The position numbers and the translations under genes were made by a program. This document shows, one piece after another, positions 25,976-38,800 of a stretch of DNA of 64,000 nucleotides (the first letter of the stretch is position 1; every line of letters starts with the position of its first letter). Source of the stretch: Selaginella moellendorffii (lineage: Eukaryota > Plantae > Lycopodiophyta); the NCBI RefSeq assembly GCF_000143415.4, contig NW_003314324.1, forward strand, positions 1,005,379 to 1,069,378, in the 5' to 3' direction. The notes beneath the pieces are model-generated. The model did not search any database and was not told the origin of the DNA. It saw only the letters and a list, made by a program, of their open reading frames with translations.

Positions 25976-28900
25976 TGTCATGAACATTTATTTACTTGTG
26001 TAAAGTTTAGAAATGTATATGTGTATGTACATGTATTACCTTGACTAGGTAATACATCAATTATAATACTATAGCATATGAATTTCCCATTTATGATTGA
26101 ATATAGTCCATCTATTTTTGTATACAAGCAATATCTTGAACACACACATTGATGGAAGTGAGGGGTATTACAATTTATCCCTGAAAGACAAAGTTTTTTG
26201 GTTTTATTGCTTTAGTGTTTGGGATCATGTCTTTTTTATTTATTTTTCATTCTTTTTGAAATCGAGATCTATATTAGCTTTTTGCAAGATCTAGAATTTT
26301 AGCTATCATTGTGCTTAGATATGCTATTTCTTCTGAGCTTTGTTGCATTCTTTTCTTCTACTATGCCATGCTATTAGCAATCAAAGAGTATGTCATTTAA
26401 GGCTATTAATACTACTTCATTAGACTGAGCTTTTGGTGTTATGGGGTGTGATCATAATAGTATTGCACCCATTGTTATTTCCAACTTTTATAAGATGTGA
26501 TTATATAACTTGTGTTATTTTCGGTGTTTTGCTATCTCCTATTAATATGGGGTGTGATTGTGATATTGATTAGTGAGATATGAATAATGCAATCCAATTT
26601 TTGGAGAATGTTTGAAGATTGAGTTTATGAGAAGACAATGTTTACTAGCTCAAAAAAATTCCAAATTATGACAAAGAACTTGATGTAGCACACTTGAATT
26701 TAGAGCCGAATTCCAAGCCCGTTGCGCTACGAAACGAGGGTCCAGTACAATCCTATGAGCACCAGCTCCCCGTATCCAGCACTTGCACGCAAAATGGTGT
26801 CAGACGGAGTCTGGCACAATTTTCGCATACCGGTGGCCTAACGCGAAGAGGAGGGTACCCCACTGACTAGAGTAGCATGGAGCTTGGGCTTAAACCTAAC
26901 CCAGACGCAGAACAAAAAGCAACACAGCCCAACGGGAGCCAAACTAATGTCTTAGGTGGTCAAATATACATTCCAACCATTATCCCTATTATACATTTGG
27001 AACCCCACCCCACCCCCCCCCCCCTGAGGAACATATGCTTTGGGCTTTCACCCCAAGCCACCTTTAGTACCAAGAGTTAGTCTCTAAGACAAGCTCAAAA
27101 CTTACTAAATATGGAATGATCTTAGATTGCGAATTTGGATACGGGACGAACAACATTGTGTTCAGGCCAACCTCTACATTCCGTAGACATGCCAAATGAG
27201 CGAATCTAGACACTTTCTATATTTAGCATTTGGGACTGAAATGAGGCTAACACACAGGGTGTGATAGCGAAGGTGTTTGGCAAACACGGTAAGCTATCAT
27301 CTAGCGATATTGAAGGACTAGTCTCAATATGCGAGAGTTCTTGCCAAGCTAGTGCAAGACAAAGTAAAAGAGAACTAAAATGCTGAGCCAAATAGACACT
27401 TTAAGAATTCCATCCTTATGCTCATCCGGCCAAGTATAGATGCTAGGTCTAATTTACTAACACTTGGACAAAAGAGGCTAATAAAGGGAATCAGTAGTAC
27501 CAACCTCCTGCTGTCATGACAATAAGGAAAGAGTGTGGCTATTTTATCCCCATTTATCCCCCAAAGTTCCTATGATCACATACGCACACCTCCACTTCTG
27601 CACTCTCACCCTGCCCCCCCCCCCCCCCCCCCTTAAAAAATATCAATGTCCTCATGGACTATTAACACTAACACTTCCATTTCCCCCCTTCCCCCCCCCC
27701 CTCCCCCTTCAGAAATGTCAATGTTCTTATTGACTAACAACCCCTACTAAGCCAAGGGGAACCAACACTTTTGCAATTATTTTGCAATTATTTTTTCTCC
27801 TAATCATTTCTGATTCTTATGATCCTCATTCTTAGTCTGGTGTTGAGTTAAGTGTTTTCTATCATTCTCATACTAATTTGGATGTTAAGTATATGCTAAA
27901 AATCTTAATTTTATTTCATTGGCAGGGCTTTTAATCAATTTTAATATTGAGTATTCCCCTATTCCAATAATCGAGTCACTTTGGCCAAAGTTTTAGATTG
28001 AGTGCTCCTTAGTTGTAAGTATTATTGAAAACCTTTGTTTTATTATTGTTATTTGAAAGGTTTTATATGTTCCTTTAAAAGTGTGGACTTTTCTATTGAT
28101 TGTTTTGTCGTAAGTGTTAAATTGTGTCTTGAGAAGGTTGAAGAGATTGAGTGGTGTGAATCCTTTGTTTATCTTATGTTAACTAAAGTATTTTATCACA
28201 ATATATTTTTTGTTCTCCAAGTTTTGAACATATTTCTTTCTTTCCTTCTATTTTAACAATTGTTGAAAATTCCTTTTTTTATGCTTTTTTATCCACTTTT
28301 TCTTCTTTTATAATGTTTCTTCTTCCCTTTTTCTTGCGACACTTCAAATATATATTTGTTTTTTTTGGAGGAGGGGTTAGAGGGGATGGAAAGAAGTCCA
28401 ACCCTAACAATAAAGTGAGGATGAATGAATACAATAGTGGAGTAAAAAATGAATGATATAAATTGTGGAGTGAGGATAAACATAACAAGTTTGAATAGAA
28501 CATTTAACCCCAACGTAATGAAGTTAAATGGATGCAATACTAGAGTAAGGTTAAATATAAATGGTAAAATGAGGACAAATGCAATGAGTCCAAATAGAGC
28601 AGTGCTTTAGAACTTTCTTTCTTCTAAAGAAGGGATTACGAGGATGTGAAAAATGAATGAAAGGAGTTTAACCTCCCATATATAATGTTGGACAAGGATG
28701 ACAATTGTGAGTTTAAGTTAACATAGGTCTCAAATGTTAACTGAAGCGAAGATGCAAAAGCAAGTTTTACTTATAGTCATGAGTTCAAGTTAATGTTGGT
28801 CTTGGAGGATCGTTGACAAATAGACTTAGAAATGGGATATATTATTTGTTTCAAAGGTGCCTTATGGAATATAGTGGCTCTTAAAGTCTTATTTTGGTTC

Positions 28901-29327
28901 AAAATTATAACTTTGTGGTTGATTTGAACATTTGGCAGTTGTATACAAAATTATAATTGATTCATTGTTTATGCTATAGCTTTGAATTTTGTTTCAGTCA
29001 TGGTTGTTAACAATTTTGTTGGTGGTTTTATTGGAGATTTAGATTCTTGTAATAGTTTATAATCACACAATAAAAGCTTCAAATATTCCACCTAACTTAT
29101 TGTCATCACCTTTTTATCTTTCGGAGGGGGAGATATATAATGTTTGTAAATATATATCTGTATGTACATGTATTACTTTGGTTAGATAATACACTAATTA
29201 TACTACTATAATATATGGACTGTTTATTTGGGATTGAATCTAATCCATTCATTCTTCTATATAAGCAGGGGTCTAAATATATCTATTCTTATATCTTGAG
29301 CGCCCATACTTGTAATATATAGAAACA
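25976..29327 (+). mobile_element. Heavily decayed relative of the short-LTR Gypsy family, with nested fragments
   Basis: 26015-26140 and 29150-29300 are similar LTR-like copies. PBS-like TTGATGGAAGTGAGGGG at about 26149. PPT GGAGGGGGAG at about 29123. Boundaries are approximate. Confidence 0.55.
26684..27178. mobile_element. Putative solo or partial LTR related to families A and B
   Basis: TGTAG...CTACA ends. Contains the shared motif CCCTA(T/C)TATAC..TTGGAACC-poly(C)-CTTTGGGCTTTCACCC, also present at about 34860, 40870 and 54575. No matching TSD found. Confidence 0.45.
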
Positions 29328-29475
29328 GTTGATTTAATTGCAATATAAATTGATTTAGCAACAATATAGTAATACAAATAGTATACTACTTCATCATATT
29401 CAAAATTGTACAGTCATCCTTGTATAGATAATCATCCACGACATGCATATATCCCACACCCATTTTACTTCAGTT

Positions 29476-29608
29476 CTCATAAATAACTAAAACGAACAAA
29501 GAAAAGGATTAATGTGAGGCTGGAAAGGTGTTTAAAACATTGGCTCTCATGGATAACTAAAATGAACAAAGAAGAGAATTAATGTGAGGCTGGAAAGGTA
29601 TTTAAAAC
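29476..29608. repeat. Tandem duplication of a ~70-bp unit
   Basis: CTCAT..ATAACTAAAA(C/T)GAACAAAGAA..ATTAATGTGAGGCTGGAAAGGT(G/A)TTTAAAAC occurs twice. Confidence 0.85.
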
Positions 29609-29614
29609 GTAGTT

Positions 29615-30211
29615 TATGTTTATCATTCCCCATACAAGATGTTGCAGCTGGCAAGTCTCTGGGAGCTCCACAAAATCCATGAGGTTGTCATCGAGAACCA
29701 AGCTGCACTCAGTGAAATTGGCATTTCAGTTAGAGACAGTGGCAATCACTCCCAAGAACATCCTAGATCTGATCTGTGCACAAAAAAAAAAACATTAGAG
29801 TTCAGCGATCAAAGTTTCAAGAGCAACATCATGAACTGACATCTGTGGTCTGTGAAACTCTGACTTTGGAAGTTGTCGATCAAGCAAATTCCAATGTTAT
29901 ATCCCCTGATAGAGAGAAAGAAACACACAGAAATTCTTATGAATGCTAAGAAGGGATGAAATTAAAGAGAAATGCTCAGGGCTTACATCACTTCCTCCAT
30001 GTCTTTGAAGTCTGCTGGACCATAGGTGAGAGTGAAAAGTTCTGCATTCTTGATTCAGGATGGACAGAATCGAGAAAAACCACAAAGACACAGTGAGCGC
30101 TCCACGAATCTCTAGATCCAGGACGGGATTTAGCAGCTCTCCGCATCCATGACCTTCTCATTCGGCATATTCGATGGCATCATTTGTCCTTCGTATTTCG
30201 TATTTTGACAT
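29615..30211 (-). pseudogene. BET3: BET3/TRAPPC3 (TRAPP complex subunit) unprocessed pseudogene
   Basis: Spliced minus-strand fragments read NAELFTLTYG..DMEEV / GYNIGICLIDNF / RMFLGVIATVSN*NANFTECSLVLDDNLMDFVELPETCQ, matching plant BET3. Contains in-frame stops, several short deletions and retained introns. Confidence 0.85.
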
Positions 30212-30257
30212 ATTCTCTGATTCTCTAAAGCCCTAAAAGCTTTCTTTCTCTCTCGCG

Positions 30258-31089
30258 ATGGAGGAGGAGGCGTCGCGGCACAGCGTAGCGCTGGTGCTGG
30301 ATTTTGGCTCCCAGTACACGCATCTCATCACGCGCCGCATCCGGCAGCTCGGCGTCTGCTCCTTCTGCCTCTCCGCCGCCGAGGCATCGCTCGACGCCGT
30401 CGCCAAGCTCGCGCCGTCGCTCATCCTCCTCTCCGGCGGCCCCCATTCCGTCTACGAGCCCGGCGCCCCCAGCGTCCCTCCCGGATTCTTCGATTACGTC
30501 CGCGATCGCGGCGTCCCAGTGGTGGGCATTTGCTATGGGCTGCAGCTCATCGTTGCGCAGATGGGCGGCAGTGTCGAGCCGGCCGCCAATCGCGAGTATG
30601 GGAGCATGGATGTCGTGCCAGTGGCGGGATCGGTGTTGTATGGCGACGACGATTCTACGCAGTCTGTGTGGATGAGCCATGGGGACGAAGTTGTGGAAAT
30701 GCCGCGCGGATTTGTCGTTGTGGCGAGGAGTGTTCAAGGCAGCATTGCGGCGATCGAGAATCCAGACTTGGGAATCTATGCATTGCAATATCATCCAGAG
30801 GTACTCGTGATTCTTTCCTTGTGCAATGCCTTGCGTGATCTTCTTCGATCTTCACTGATTGTTTTTTGTGTTTGTTTGAATTTGAAAGCTTGCATTTGAT
30901 TTGTTCTTTAGAAAACTTTTGGTCTAGTGCAATGCTTTGTGTGTTCTACTTTGATGTGGTTGATTTTCTTTGAAAGGGTGTGTTGTTTGAATTCATTTGA
31001 AAGTTTGCATTTCATTTGTTCTCTCTTTCTTGCTCTTGGTTTTTTACAATAACTTTCAAGGATTTTTTTGCTGTGATTGATCTTCTTCT

Positions 31090-31133
<44 letters not shown>

Positions 31134-32473
31134 CCCTAAACTTTTGATCTTGTCAGGTTAGTCATTCGCCTAAAGGCATTGACACACTAAAGCGCTTGTT
31201 GTTCGAAGTTGGCGGCCTTACAGACGATTGGAAGGTGCAAGACGTTTTGCAAGAGCAGATTGATCTGATCGCAACTACAGTCGGACCTGACGATCATGCC
31301 ATTTGTGCGCTGTCTGGAGGAGTCGATTCCACCGTTGCGGCAACCATCGTTCACAAAGTTATGGGCGATCGTCTACACTGCGTCTTCGTTGATAATGGAC
31401 TCTTGAGGTAGGTTCTTTTTTTTTTTTGGCTTCTCCGATTTCTTGAGCTTGTTCTCTCTTTCGTCTCGAAGTAGCTTTGATTTGATCCATCTTCTTTCCA
31501 GGTACAAGGAGCGAGAGCGCGTCATGGAAACTTTCAAGCGTGACTTGCACCTCCCGGTTGTCTGCGTGGATGCGGGCTCCCAGTTCCTGGCGAAGCTCGA
31601 GGGAGTTGTGGATCCAGAGCGCAAGCGGAAGATAATCGGCGCGGAGTTCATTGCCGTCTTTGATGAGTTCTCCAGAAAGCTCGAACAAGAGCTTGGCAAG
31701 AAGCCCAAGTACCTGGTGCAAGGGACGCTCTATCCCGACGTGATCGAGTCGTGTCCTCCTCCTGGAGTCGTGGGACACTCTCACACTATCAAAAGCCACC
31801 ACAACGTTGGGGGACTTCCACCATCGATGAAACTTTTGCTCTTGGAACCTTTGAAGTGGCTTTTCAAGGACGAGGTGAGTGTAGTACGTTGAATCAGATC
31901 TTTCTTCCATGCATTGCTTCTTTTCTTCTCCAGGTAAGAAAGCTCGGAAAACTTCTTGGCATTCCCGAAGGATTTCTCAAAAGGCATCCATTTCCTGGTC
32001 CCGGTTTGGCTGTTCGTGTGATCGGTGGCGACGTTACTGAGGAAAACCTTGAAACTTTGAGATTGGTAAGCACACACCCTGTGCTTTTTGTGTTCTATCA
32101 CTTCCACTGGTTCTTGTTTGTAGGTGGACGAGGTTTTCACAGCTTCGATCAAAGAGGCTGGTCTCTACGACGAGATGTGGCAAGCTTTCGCTGGCATTCT
32201 CCCCGTCAAGACTGTGGGAGTCCAAGGAGACAAAAGGACTCACTCCGGCAGCGTTGTTCTTCGTGCGGTCACCAGCGAAGATGGCATGACTGCCGAGAGG
32301 TTCTCTCGTTTAACTTTTCCTTTTTCTTTGCTTACACTGTTTGTGCTAGGTATACATTCAAAAGGGAGTTTCTCGACCAGGTGACGAGAGAAATCTGTAA
32401 TACGGTGGTGGACGTGAACAGGGTCTTTTATGACTTGACTTCGAAGCCCCCCGCAACGATAGAGTGGGAGTGA
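30258..32473 (+). CDS. GMPS: GMP synthase (glutamine-hydrolysing), 6 exons: 30258-30800, 31157-31407, 31502-31874, 31934-32065, 32124-32299, 32350-32473
   Basis: GATase motifs [13 protein letters not shown] (catalytic Cys) and QYHPE. PP-loop [41 protein letters not shown] and C-terminal [14 protein letters not shown] introns join the exons in frame. Confidence 0.96.
31095..31131. repeat. (CT)n microsatellite in GMPS intron 1
   Basis: Perfect CT run just upstream of the acceptor site. Confidence 0.9.
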
Positions 32474-32520
32474 ATTGCTCGAATTTGATTTGTTTTACTA
32501 CACTGACTTTTGCTGACAAC

Positions 32521-32887
32521 TCAAAGGCAACGCACATTCTTTTCTTCGTCTAGACCAGTTCTTAGCAAAGGATCATGTAACCTTCCCCAAACAACTTTTT
32601 CTTTAGGGTTTTGCAGAGCAAACCCAATATGTATATACGGATTTTTATTAAATTTTCTCCTCAAGCCATTGAATATTCTCGGTATATGCGCGTAATACTT
32701 TATTTGATCAAGCAAATCATCAAATGTCATGAAGAAACAATGTGTTGCAATCCTTGGGTTTTGGTAGTAACTTTCATGCTGCTGGGGCAAAGACCAAATG
32801 CCATGCAACTCTCCAGTAGCTTGCAACTGAGAAAAAATGTGTTTCATTGCAAGCCCAGATGGATGGTATGGTGGACTACCCTCACAG
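32521..32887 (-). other. Possible terminal exon of an unidentified gene convergent on GMPS
   Basis: About 120 open codons after a TAG acceptor-like site, with the stop about 48 bp from the GMPS stop. No recognisable family. Confidence 0.3.
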
Positions 32888-35800
32888 CTACATGTGAGTA
32901 AAACCAATTAAAAAAAGCCTGCATTTCAAAAGTATCAAATAGTCATCATGCATAGCATATATACTGTACATAATTTTAAAGTTTAGCTGCCAAAATATTG
33001 TCCACATAAATGGAGAGTGGAAAATCAAACTTCCCCTTTTAAACAGCTTATAATTTCTCCAGATATGTAGAGGCAATACTTGTTCTTACTTTATTACCTC
33101 TCTCTGTGTAGTACATCAATCATAAAACAAATATTAAATAATGGAACGATAAAAACTCAAAAATACATCATAAATTCATATGAACAATTTAATATTTCGT
33201 CTTTAATAATAATAGAGCTGTTTTCAGTTTTAATCTCTTTTAGTATAAAAATCACTGAAGTACTTAAAATAATTATTTAAGTCTCAATTTTAAAAGGAAA
33301 AGAAAAATGCTTAAATTTTAAATTTTATAAAATGTATATCCAATTATTAGAGTTGAGATGTTTAAATGTAAAGTAAAAATATTTGCTTACTCAACTATGA
33401 TTGTTAAAATGTTTATTCAATTTCCTTAAAAATATGAAACCATTAAAAATAATAAAAGTAAGTTCTAATTCAAGGAAATTAATGATTCAATATAAACACC
33501 AGAGTAAATTTTAATTAAATATGATTTCATTAAATTTAAAACCCAATATAAAAGCTAAAACAATAACAAATCAAACTTTAATTAGTGATTTTACTTTTTC
33601 CAATACAAATTGGGTAAGTATAGTGCTAAAAGAACTATATAAATTATTTAAATTCAAAGAGTAGTTAAAAGTATTTAAGGTAATTAATTTAAATTTTATT
33701 AATATAAATTTTATTTAATTTTCTTCATTTTGGATAATTTTAACAAGTTAACTATCTTATCAAATAAATTTTGTAATGTAATTAAAAATTTTAGTACCAC
33801 TAATTTTGAGACCTTTATTATACCTATTGAATTTTTCATACTTAATTACAATATGGAATTGCTAATACAACTCTATTATCTGGTGTGAGATAATAGATTT
33901 TGCATTTAGGATGTTAGATATGGTGATTAAATCGTTCTCAAGCATTTGTAAGTGACTAAATTTTCCATTCTACTTAAGTCATTTAACCACACAGAGGAGT
34001 CTCACTCATAATCTCTATAAGTCTTATTTTGGACTTAGGGACTTGCTAGCCCCAAGAATGGCATCCATGCCACTCAACCATTGCACTTGGTCCAAGTGCT
34101 CCACATGTCCGATCCCATGACTGACACCCTAAGGTACCACCGACATATCAGTCCATTACGCTAAGGCCTTGCCCATTCACCTTGGTCATACCGGTGGTCT
34201 GACACCACTTACATCATAATTCCGTCTCTCAAAGACTGAGCCATCTGTTCATGAGTGATCATCTCAGATCCACTCCTTAGCATCCTTAGGATGCCCGCAG
34301 ACGTGGGGAATAGCCTTCCCCAATATCCTTTTTCCAGTCCCCACCAAGTCCCTTTCTGCCCATGGCCATATTCACCAACACTGCCACTGGATCGAGGCCC
34401 ATAAGCCCAACCACTAAGTCCTATGGTCCTCTAGGACTTTCTCACCACATGACTGTATCCTTGGTCACTACACCAGAGGACTACTCCTCTTCCTTTCCAC
34501 ATTCTGGGTTTTTGGGACAACATTTTGGAACACCATGGCCCTACGTGAGCCTCATAGGTACCACATTTGGGTGCTCTAGCCATGGGCTTAGAGCGAGGTT
34601 CCATTGAGCCACGCTAGGTATCCAAGTAAATAATGCCACCCACACTTGGATTAGGAGCATTGACCATTCGATCTCCCGGGGGAACTAAAGCAGACTCTTG
34701 AACACTTTACCAAGCTACCTCGCTTGTCAGTCCGTATTCATTCTAGTCTTGGACTTCCCAGTGGTCAGCTCATCACCCAACACCTGGGTATAACCTTCCT
34801 GGGCCAAACTGGCCTTTCCTGGCCAAACTAGCTCCACTAGGCTCCAACCCCCACACTCTCCCTACTATACTTTTGGAACCCTCTGCAGCCGCCCCCCCCC
34901 CCCCCCCCCCAGGGGACAATCACTTTGGGCTTTCACCCAACAGTCTGTATTACTATTCGAACTTGGACTCGGACTCGGTCTCGGTCCTGGTTGCGAACTC
35001 GGACTCGGTCTCGGTTTCATCTCGGACTCCATCTCGGACTCCATCTCGGGTCCATCTCAGACTCCATCTCAGGTCCATCTCGGACTCCATCTCAGGTCCA
35101 TCTCAGACTCCATCTCGGGTCCATCTCGGACTCCATCTCAAACTCCATCTCGGACTCCATCTTGGACTCCATCTCGGGTCCATCTCGGGTTCATCTCGGA
35201 CTCTATCTCGAGTCCATCTTGGACTCTATCTTGGGTCCCTTTTCTAGAGACTCACTTATTGCTTTCTTTGTGCTTGTTCCTCGAGCACTTCGTTGGGAGT
35301 TCCACTCCCACTCTCGACCTCTCAAGTCGGAGCTTTTAGTCCAAACGTGTTACGTTCGTTTGGCTTTCATTTCGGCCACTACCACATAGCACCCTTTCGG
35401 CTCCACTTTAAGGCCTAGGGATTTTGTGTCTCACAACTCCACCACCTATAGACAAAGTTTGATGTCTTCATTGAACGATAAATTATTTTATAAGGTAATA
35501 CCAATATATATTACCCTTTCCATTCTTGGCACCTCGCTAATATTCGTCAATGGTTTGATATTGAAGGCTCACTATGCCTTGCCCATCCTCTAAGGAGGAT
35601 AGTCTCTCCAACTTAGAGACTGATTGGACCACTTGTGGTGGTTCTTTCCTTTTATTGGTTTAGTTTTCACTAAACCTGTTAAAGACACTATCTCTATCTC
35701 AATCCCACTACTCCTTCTTGAGTAGTCTCAGTTTCCATCGATATAACCTTTGCACTTTAGAACTTTTACTTTTGACTTCTTGAAGTCAATTTTCTAGGTG

Positions 35801-38800
35801 TCTCCGACACCTTGCATTGCATATATTGTGCAACTCCACTTCCCCATCCTAGGAAGTTCTCTACTTGAGGGAACCATCATCCTCTCTTCTATTTTGTGCC
35901 ACCTTAAGCACTAAGTTTCAGTTATCATAATTTGTGTTAGGGCTATCCATGGCCCTATTATTTGGTTACTTTACCGCTCCCTCCTTTGGAGCTTCCACTT
36001 TTGCCAAATCGGAGCAATTGGGAATCCATCCTTGGAAACACATTGCCTTTCCCACAATTCGTTAACACCCAACACATTAGTGTTTTTGGCCTAACTTTGC
36101 TTTTTGGATTCTTTCCCATGATTCCCATGGCTTTTTTCTTAGCCACTAGTCTTTTGCTCCTATCCTTGATTGTTGCACCTAGCAACATCGGATCGCTACC
36201 TCCATTCTCAAGGTATCTTTTCGGTTCCATAGCAAAGACTTTGCTTTGCCAAGTCTAGAGGGTGTTCACCTCTAGTACGTCTTTTTAGCATTTTCTATTG
36301 TGGGCTTTATCCTTGGCCCAACTTTGTGACCCTCCTGTGGGTCTCTTATAGAGACTAGTTTCCTTAGACTCACTATACCATCACATTGTCAAAGATCATT
36401 TCCCTTAGGTGTTCTTCCCACTTGGTCACCTTGACCAAGCCACACCATCATCAGTAGTTCAAATCAACACTTTGAACTAAGAACTTTATCCTTTAACCTC
36501 ACAAGAACTTTGTCTTTGTTTTAACCATAAGATCATCTAGTGATCTAACCTTGGCACCTTAACAGGTTTGCCAATAGGTATTAAGTCCTCCAGACTTTTA
36601 AGTTGTTCACCATAACCCCGGGGGCATCCCCCACACTTGGCAGTGCACCCAAGCCAGCCCTTCCAACTAAGGGTCCATAGCAACTGAGACTGGGTGTCCC
36701 CATCTCATTCACCACGTCCTTGTTGCCACTCGCACCAAAGTGTTCAAGTTAGATTGCTAAGTCACACTAAGCAATCTAACCGTTCATCACAACTTTGAGG
36801 CATCCTCTACTTGGTGGTGTGCCTAAGCCAGTCTCCTTATTGAGAGTCTATGACCACCAAAAAATGAATGTCCTCATATTTCAAACTATCACCATGCCGT
36901 AGTGAGTTGGGATTCAAACCCAAGCACCAGAGGGTCGGGACTCGAATCCAACCTCCGTATATGCATTTACGGAAGGCATCATCCAAGATGCTTGGTGTGA
37001 CTCCCCACGCCGGTGCACCAACTTATAGTTAAAGCACACTACAAATCACAGTTTAGGAACTTAGTTCTTCTACACTACCAAGTCCTCTCACTTGACAAAT
37101 CTATGATCATGCATAGACTCCTCCATGCTTCGCCCCATGGGCCACCCCTTTTGAAGTTGGCACCTTCAACTAGAGGATTTGTTCCCCTGACTTGCCAATC
37201 TCACTTAGCAAGTCATCCGACCAACGTAATATGGTTTCATGCACAAGCGTGAAAGTCCTTGACTATCGACTTTCATTCAAAGTCATCCCTTTGAGCACTT
37301 GGGAACTGCTTCCCCAACCTTGATAGTATTGCGTTATAGCAAATTTCAAGGCCACGCTTCTGCTATGCCACTTTGATTTCACGTGTTTTATGAACCATTT
37401 ACACTTGGCTTTCTAGGTACTAAGTTACCTAGAATTGTCTTTGGGAACCTTTGAAGGAACTCTGTCCCTTAGCTTGTTAAGGCCTCTCCTTTCACAAGCT
37501 TTGTAATTGCCATATGGTTTAATATGGACAATTCCATGCTTTAGACTTTCCATGGCATTGCGGTTGCTAGTAACAACATGCATGAGCACCCACTTGATTC
37601 TCCACTTCTAACTGACATAACCACTCTTGGTTATGCAATTCAATTCTTATGGTTTGGTTCTATCCCTTTACTACTTGTTTTTGGCCTCACACCTTTCCTT
37701 CAGTTATTTTCCTCCAGACTAGGAGGATAGCTTTGCACTTTCTACCATGCCGTAGCAAGTATTCTTAGGGATGAACCTACTCAATAGCTTAGGGAGTGGT
37801 TCCTCAATCCGAATATGCTCACACACCGGGATTAATATTGCTACTTATGGGCTTTTATATGCCCATCACTAGCCTTGCTAAAATTCCATTTTGGCTTTGA
37901 ATTCGGATAGATAGTCTTCTTCTGTTTCCGCAATCTTGAACATTTTGATAACACCTTCTATTCATCATTTGCTAGGGACTTAGTCCCATAAGCTTTATCT
38001 ATTACCCTCGCGACACTAAACACCACCTCCTGGTGTTCTAGAGTGTTTGGGTGTTCTAATGATGGCCTCCTTGACAATGAGCATTTCCCTTTACAACATT
38101 GACTCACTATATCGCAACATAAATAATTTATTCCCTGTAAGGGTATATCTAACTTTTTTAAGCTTAAGGCATCACACCTTAGCACATTCTGTGTCTCTAC
38201 ATTATCGACCCCACAAGCCTACCTTTATGACACTTTTTACTTGTGTCTAGGTCTTTGCCAAGACCAATATGGTCCTTTCTCATGCCAACTATTCGTTACC
38301 ACTGCACTATAGAATTTACACACAACTTTGTGTCAAAGTTGTTTTTTTTCTAGGAACACCTTTCCCACAACTTTAGTATTGCACCTTCTACCATCAATGA
38401 GATGCCCACTGTTCTCATGCTTAGATATTATGATCCTCCTCATCTTTCATAGTAGTCCAAATGCTTTTTATCAATCCCTTAGGACCATTCCTTGACTTTA
38501 CTTGAGTTATTCAGCATTTTTGGACTTTGTTAATCTACTGGCCTGTAAGGTTTTATTTTTGAGGTGCTAGCTCATTAGAATACAACTGCATGTATTCATG
38601 TCCTACTTAGAAGGACCATTTTTGCAAGTGTTACTCTGACACTTGATTTTGTTCTCTAAAGGTAACTTTTGCCCCTTATGACTACTTGTCCATATGATGA
38701 GAATACCAACTCATCTCTAAGTACACCCCCAAGTCCTTGGGTTGTTCTAGCATTTATTAAAGATAGCCCCGGCTACCATTTCAAGGGCTCGTGTCTTCTT

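Noticed and set aside
30225-30794. Antisense and alternate-frame ORFs over GMPS, ValRS and LOX exons
   Set aside because: Shadow ORFs of GC-rich coding sequence.
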